This document shows positions 62,901-64,000 of a stretch of 64,000 nt of DNA, piece by piece (position 1 is the stretch's first letter; the number at the start of each line of letters is the position of its first letter). The stretch is from a virus (taxonomy: Duplodnaviria; Heunggongvirae; Uroviricota; Caudoviricetes). Location of the stretch: IMG/VR virus record IMGVR_UViG_3300027710_000009, one strand, 5' to 3'. The notes beneath the pieces were generated by a model. The model was not told the DNA's origin, made no database searches, and saw nothing but the letters and a program-made list of their open reading frames with translations. Made by a program: the position numbers and the translations under genes.

Positions 62901-64000
62901 TTATGATGTTACAAAGTTACCAACACCAAATGTACTTGAGCCGCCAATTGGAGTAAGTTTCCAATAACTGCCTGGCAATGCTTGTACAATAACACCAAGC
63001 GCACTGCCAAAAGACACTTGTGGTAAAATGGTACCAGCTGTGTTCACGCTAATGATACCATTTACTTCTAGCACCTTGTTTGCTGTTTGCTGTGCTGATA
63101 TAACCACGCCACTGGTAGCAGTAGGCACTGTTGTGGTACCTGCAAAGGTTTGTATAGCAATGTTGCTGGCCAATCCGCTGAACTGCACAGTGCCAGAGCC
63201 AGACACATAGTTAAGGTTGGCACAGGTTGTTTGATACTGGAACCAGTTGTAGGTGGCCGCAGTGCCTGTTCCACCAAACGAAAACTGCATGGTTGATGAT
63301 GCAGGTGTGCCACTGGTGCCAAGTAGAACTTTGAGTTCAAATTGGTACGTGGTTCCTGCCACAGCATTGAACTGTCCTGCTGTGCCGGTACCAGTCGATC
63401 CACCAAAAATACCATAACCAGTATTGGTAGCACTGATAGTTGATCCAGAGTTCAAACTTGAGTTGGCACTCAATATAAACAAGTGAGAAGTATTTAGGAT
63501 ACCGCGACTGCTTGCAGAAGGAGTAGCGTACCAGATACCGCTTTGGAATTCGAGAGCTCCTGCCACTGCTGAAGTGTTTAGTGTACCAGTGGTCAATTGC
63601 AACGGTGTTGTGGATGTACCGCCTGCGGCAATCAACAAGTTACCAGTGCTCATACCAGAACCAGCAATGATAGTACCACCTGCGGCAATACCACCTGTAC
63701 CAGTCAATATCAATGCACCGGTAGACGGAGCACCAGTGGCAAATGTTGCTAACGATCCGCTTTGAATAACAACGTTACCACCTACGTTTAGACGTCGTTT
63801 GATACCAGCACCACCCAGTGCAACAAATGATCCGTTTGGATTTGTGAATGCATCTGTGGATTCTGTAGAACTTGCGGCAACAAGGTTTGCAAAGTTACTG
63901 CTTACGCCAAACCCGCCCAAGAATGCTGCCGAGTTAACATATAAATTACCAGCAATACCAGCACCGCCATCGCTAGTACTACCATCTGCCCAGGTAACCT
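62901..64000 (-). CDS. C-terminal part of a tail-fibre/virion structural protein (runs off right edge)
   Basis: Frame is open to 64000; GGAGIAGNLYV / GAGIKRRLNVGG / GGIAAGG repeats; G/T/S/A-rich. Confidence 0.7.
   Translation of the reverse strand, partial: VTWADGSTSDGGAGIAGNLYVNSAAFLGGFGVSSNFANLVAASSTESTDAFTNPNGSFVALGGAGIKRRLNVGGNVVIQSGSLATFATGAPSTGALILTGTGGIAAGGTIIAGSGMSTGNLLIAAGGTSTTPLQLTTGTLNTSAVAGALEFQSGIWYATPSASSRGILNTSHLFILSANSSLNSGSTISATNTGYGIFGGSTGTGTAGQFNAVAGTTYQFELKVLLGTSGTPASSTMQFSFGGTGTAATYNWFQYQTTCANLNYVSGSGTVQFSGLASNIAIQTFAGTTTVPTATSGVVISAQQTANKVLEVNGIISVNTAGTILPQVSFGSALGVIVQALPGSYWKLTPIGGSSTFGVGNFVTS

Noticed and set aside
1-64000. Stop-codon reassignment as in some large phages
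   Set aside because: Conserved genes (PolB, DnaK, ClpA, FolE, PhoH) are full length in code 11, and TAA, TAG and TGA all serve as ends of tightly packed genes.
1-64000. tRNA, rRNA or CRISPR array
   Set aside because: Intergenic gaps are at most about 150 nt; I saw no cloverleaf with TTC(G/A)A T-loop plus matching acceptor stem and no regularly spaced direct repeats. tRNAscan-SE was not run.

Overview
Gene-dense 64-kb segment of a large, T4-like (myovirus-type) dsDNA bacteriophage. This classification is inferred from gene content; no capsid or terminase gene is in the window. About 105 genes are present, all on the minus strand except phoH, and read in the standard code. Recognisable modules: (1) a T4-style replication set (family-B DNA polymerase, sliding clamp, clamp loader, RNase H/5'-exonuclease, DsbA-like protein, plus a catalytically truncated DnaE fragment); (2) a 7-deazaguanine pathway (FolE, two QueD, a QueE with an atypical Cx3Cx34C motif, a QueD-like LxxxHRHxF DpdL-type protein, and a TGT-fold DpdA-like base-exchange enzyme) with no QueC/QueF, interleaved with a GT-B glycosyltransferase, nucleotide-sugar enzymes, a phosphoribosyltransferase and a HIT protein; (3) a cluster of proteins with T4 capsid-targeting-like N-termini, including a 1250-aa apparent polyprotein made of short unrelated modules separated by repeated [V/L/I/M]-x-E motifs with partly conserved DNA junctions; (4) a chaperone/proteostasis set (DnaK, class-B J protein, ClpA, GroES); (5) a GH19 endolysin/spanin/holin-like lysis cassette; (6) auxiliary genes (fatty-acid desaturase, Dps, PhoH, BI-1/YccA, Hc1-like protein, MazG-like, radical SAMs, glycosyltransferases). 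Regulatory signals are clear: many sigma70-type TTGACx-17-TAxAxT promoters, a recurrent T4-late-like TAAATA box (three times nested inside a sigma70 spacer), two precisely leaderless genes, and hairpins that would hide translation starts on read-through transcripts. I found no tRNA, rRNA, CRISPR array, intron or intein. All product calls come from motif recognition by eye; no database searches were run.
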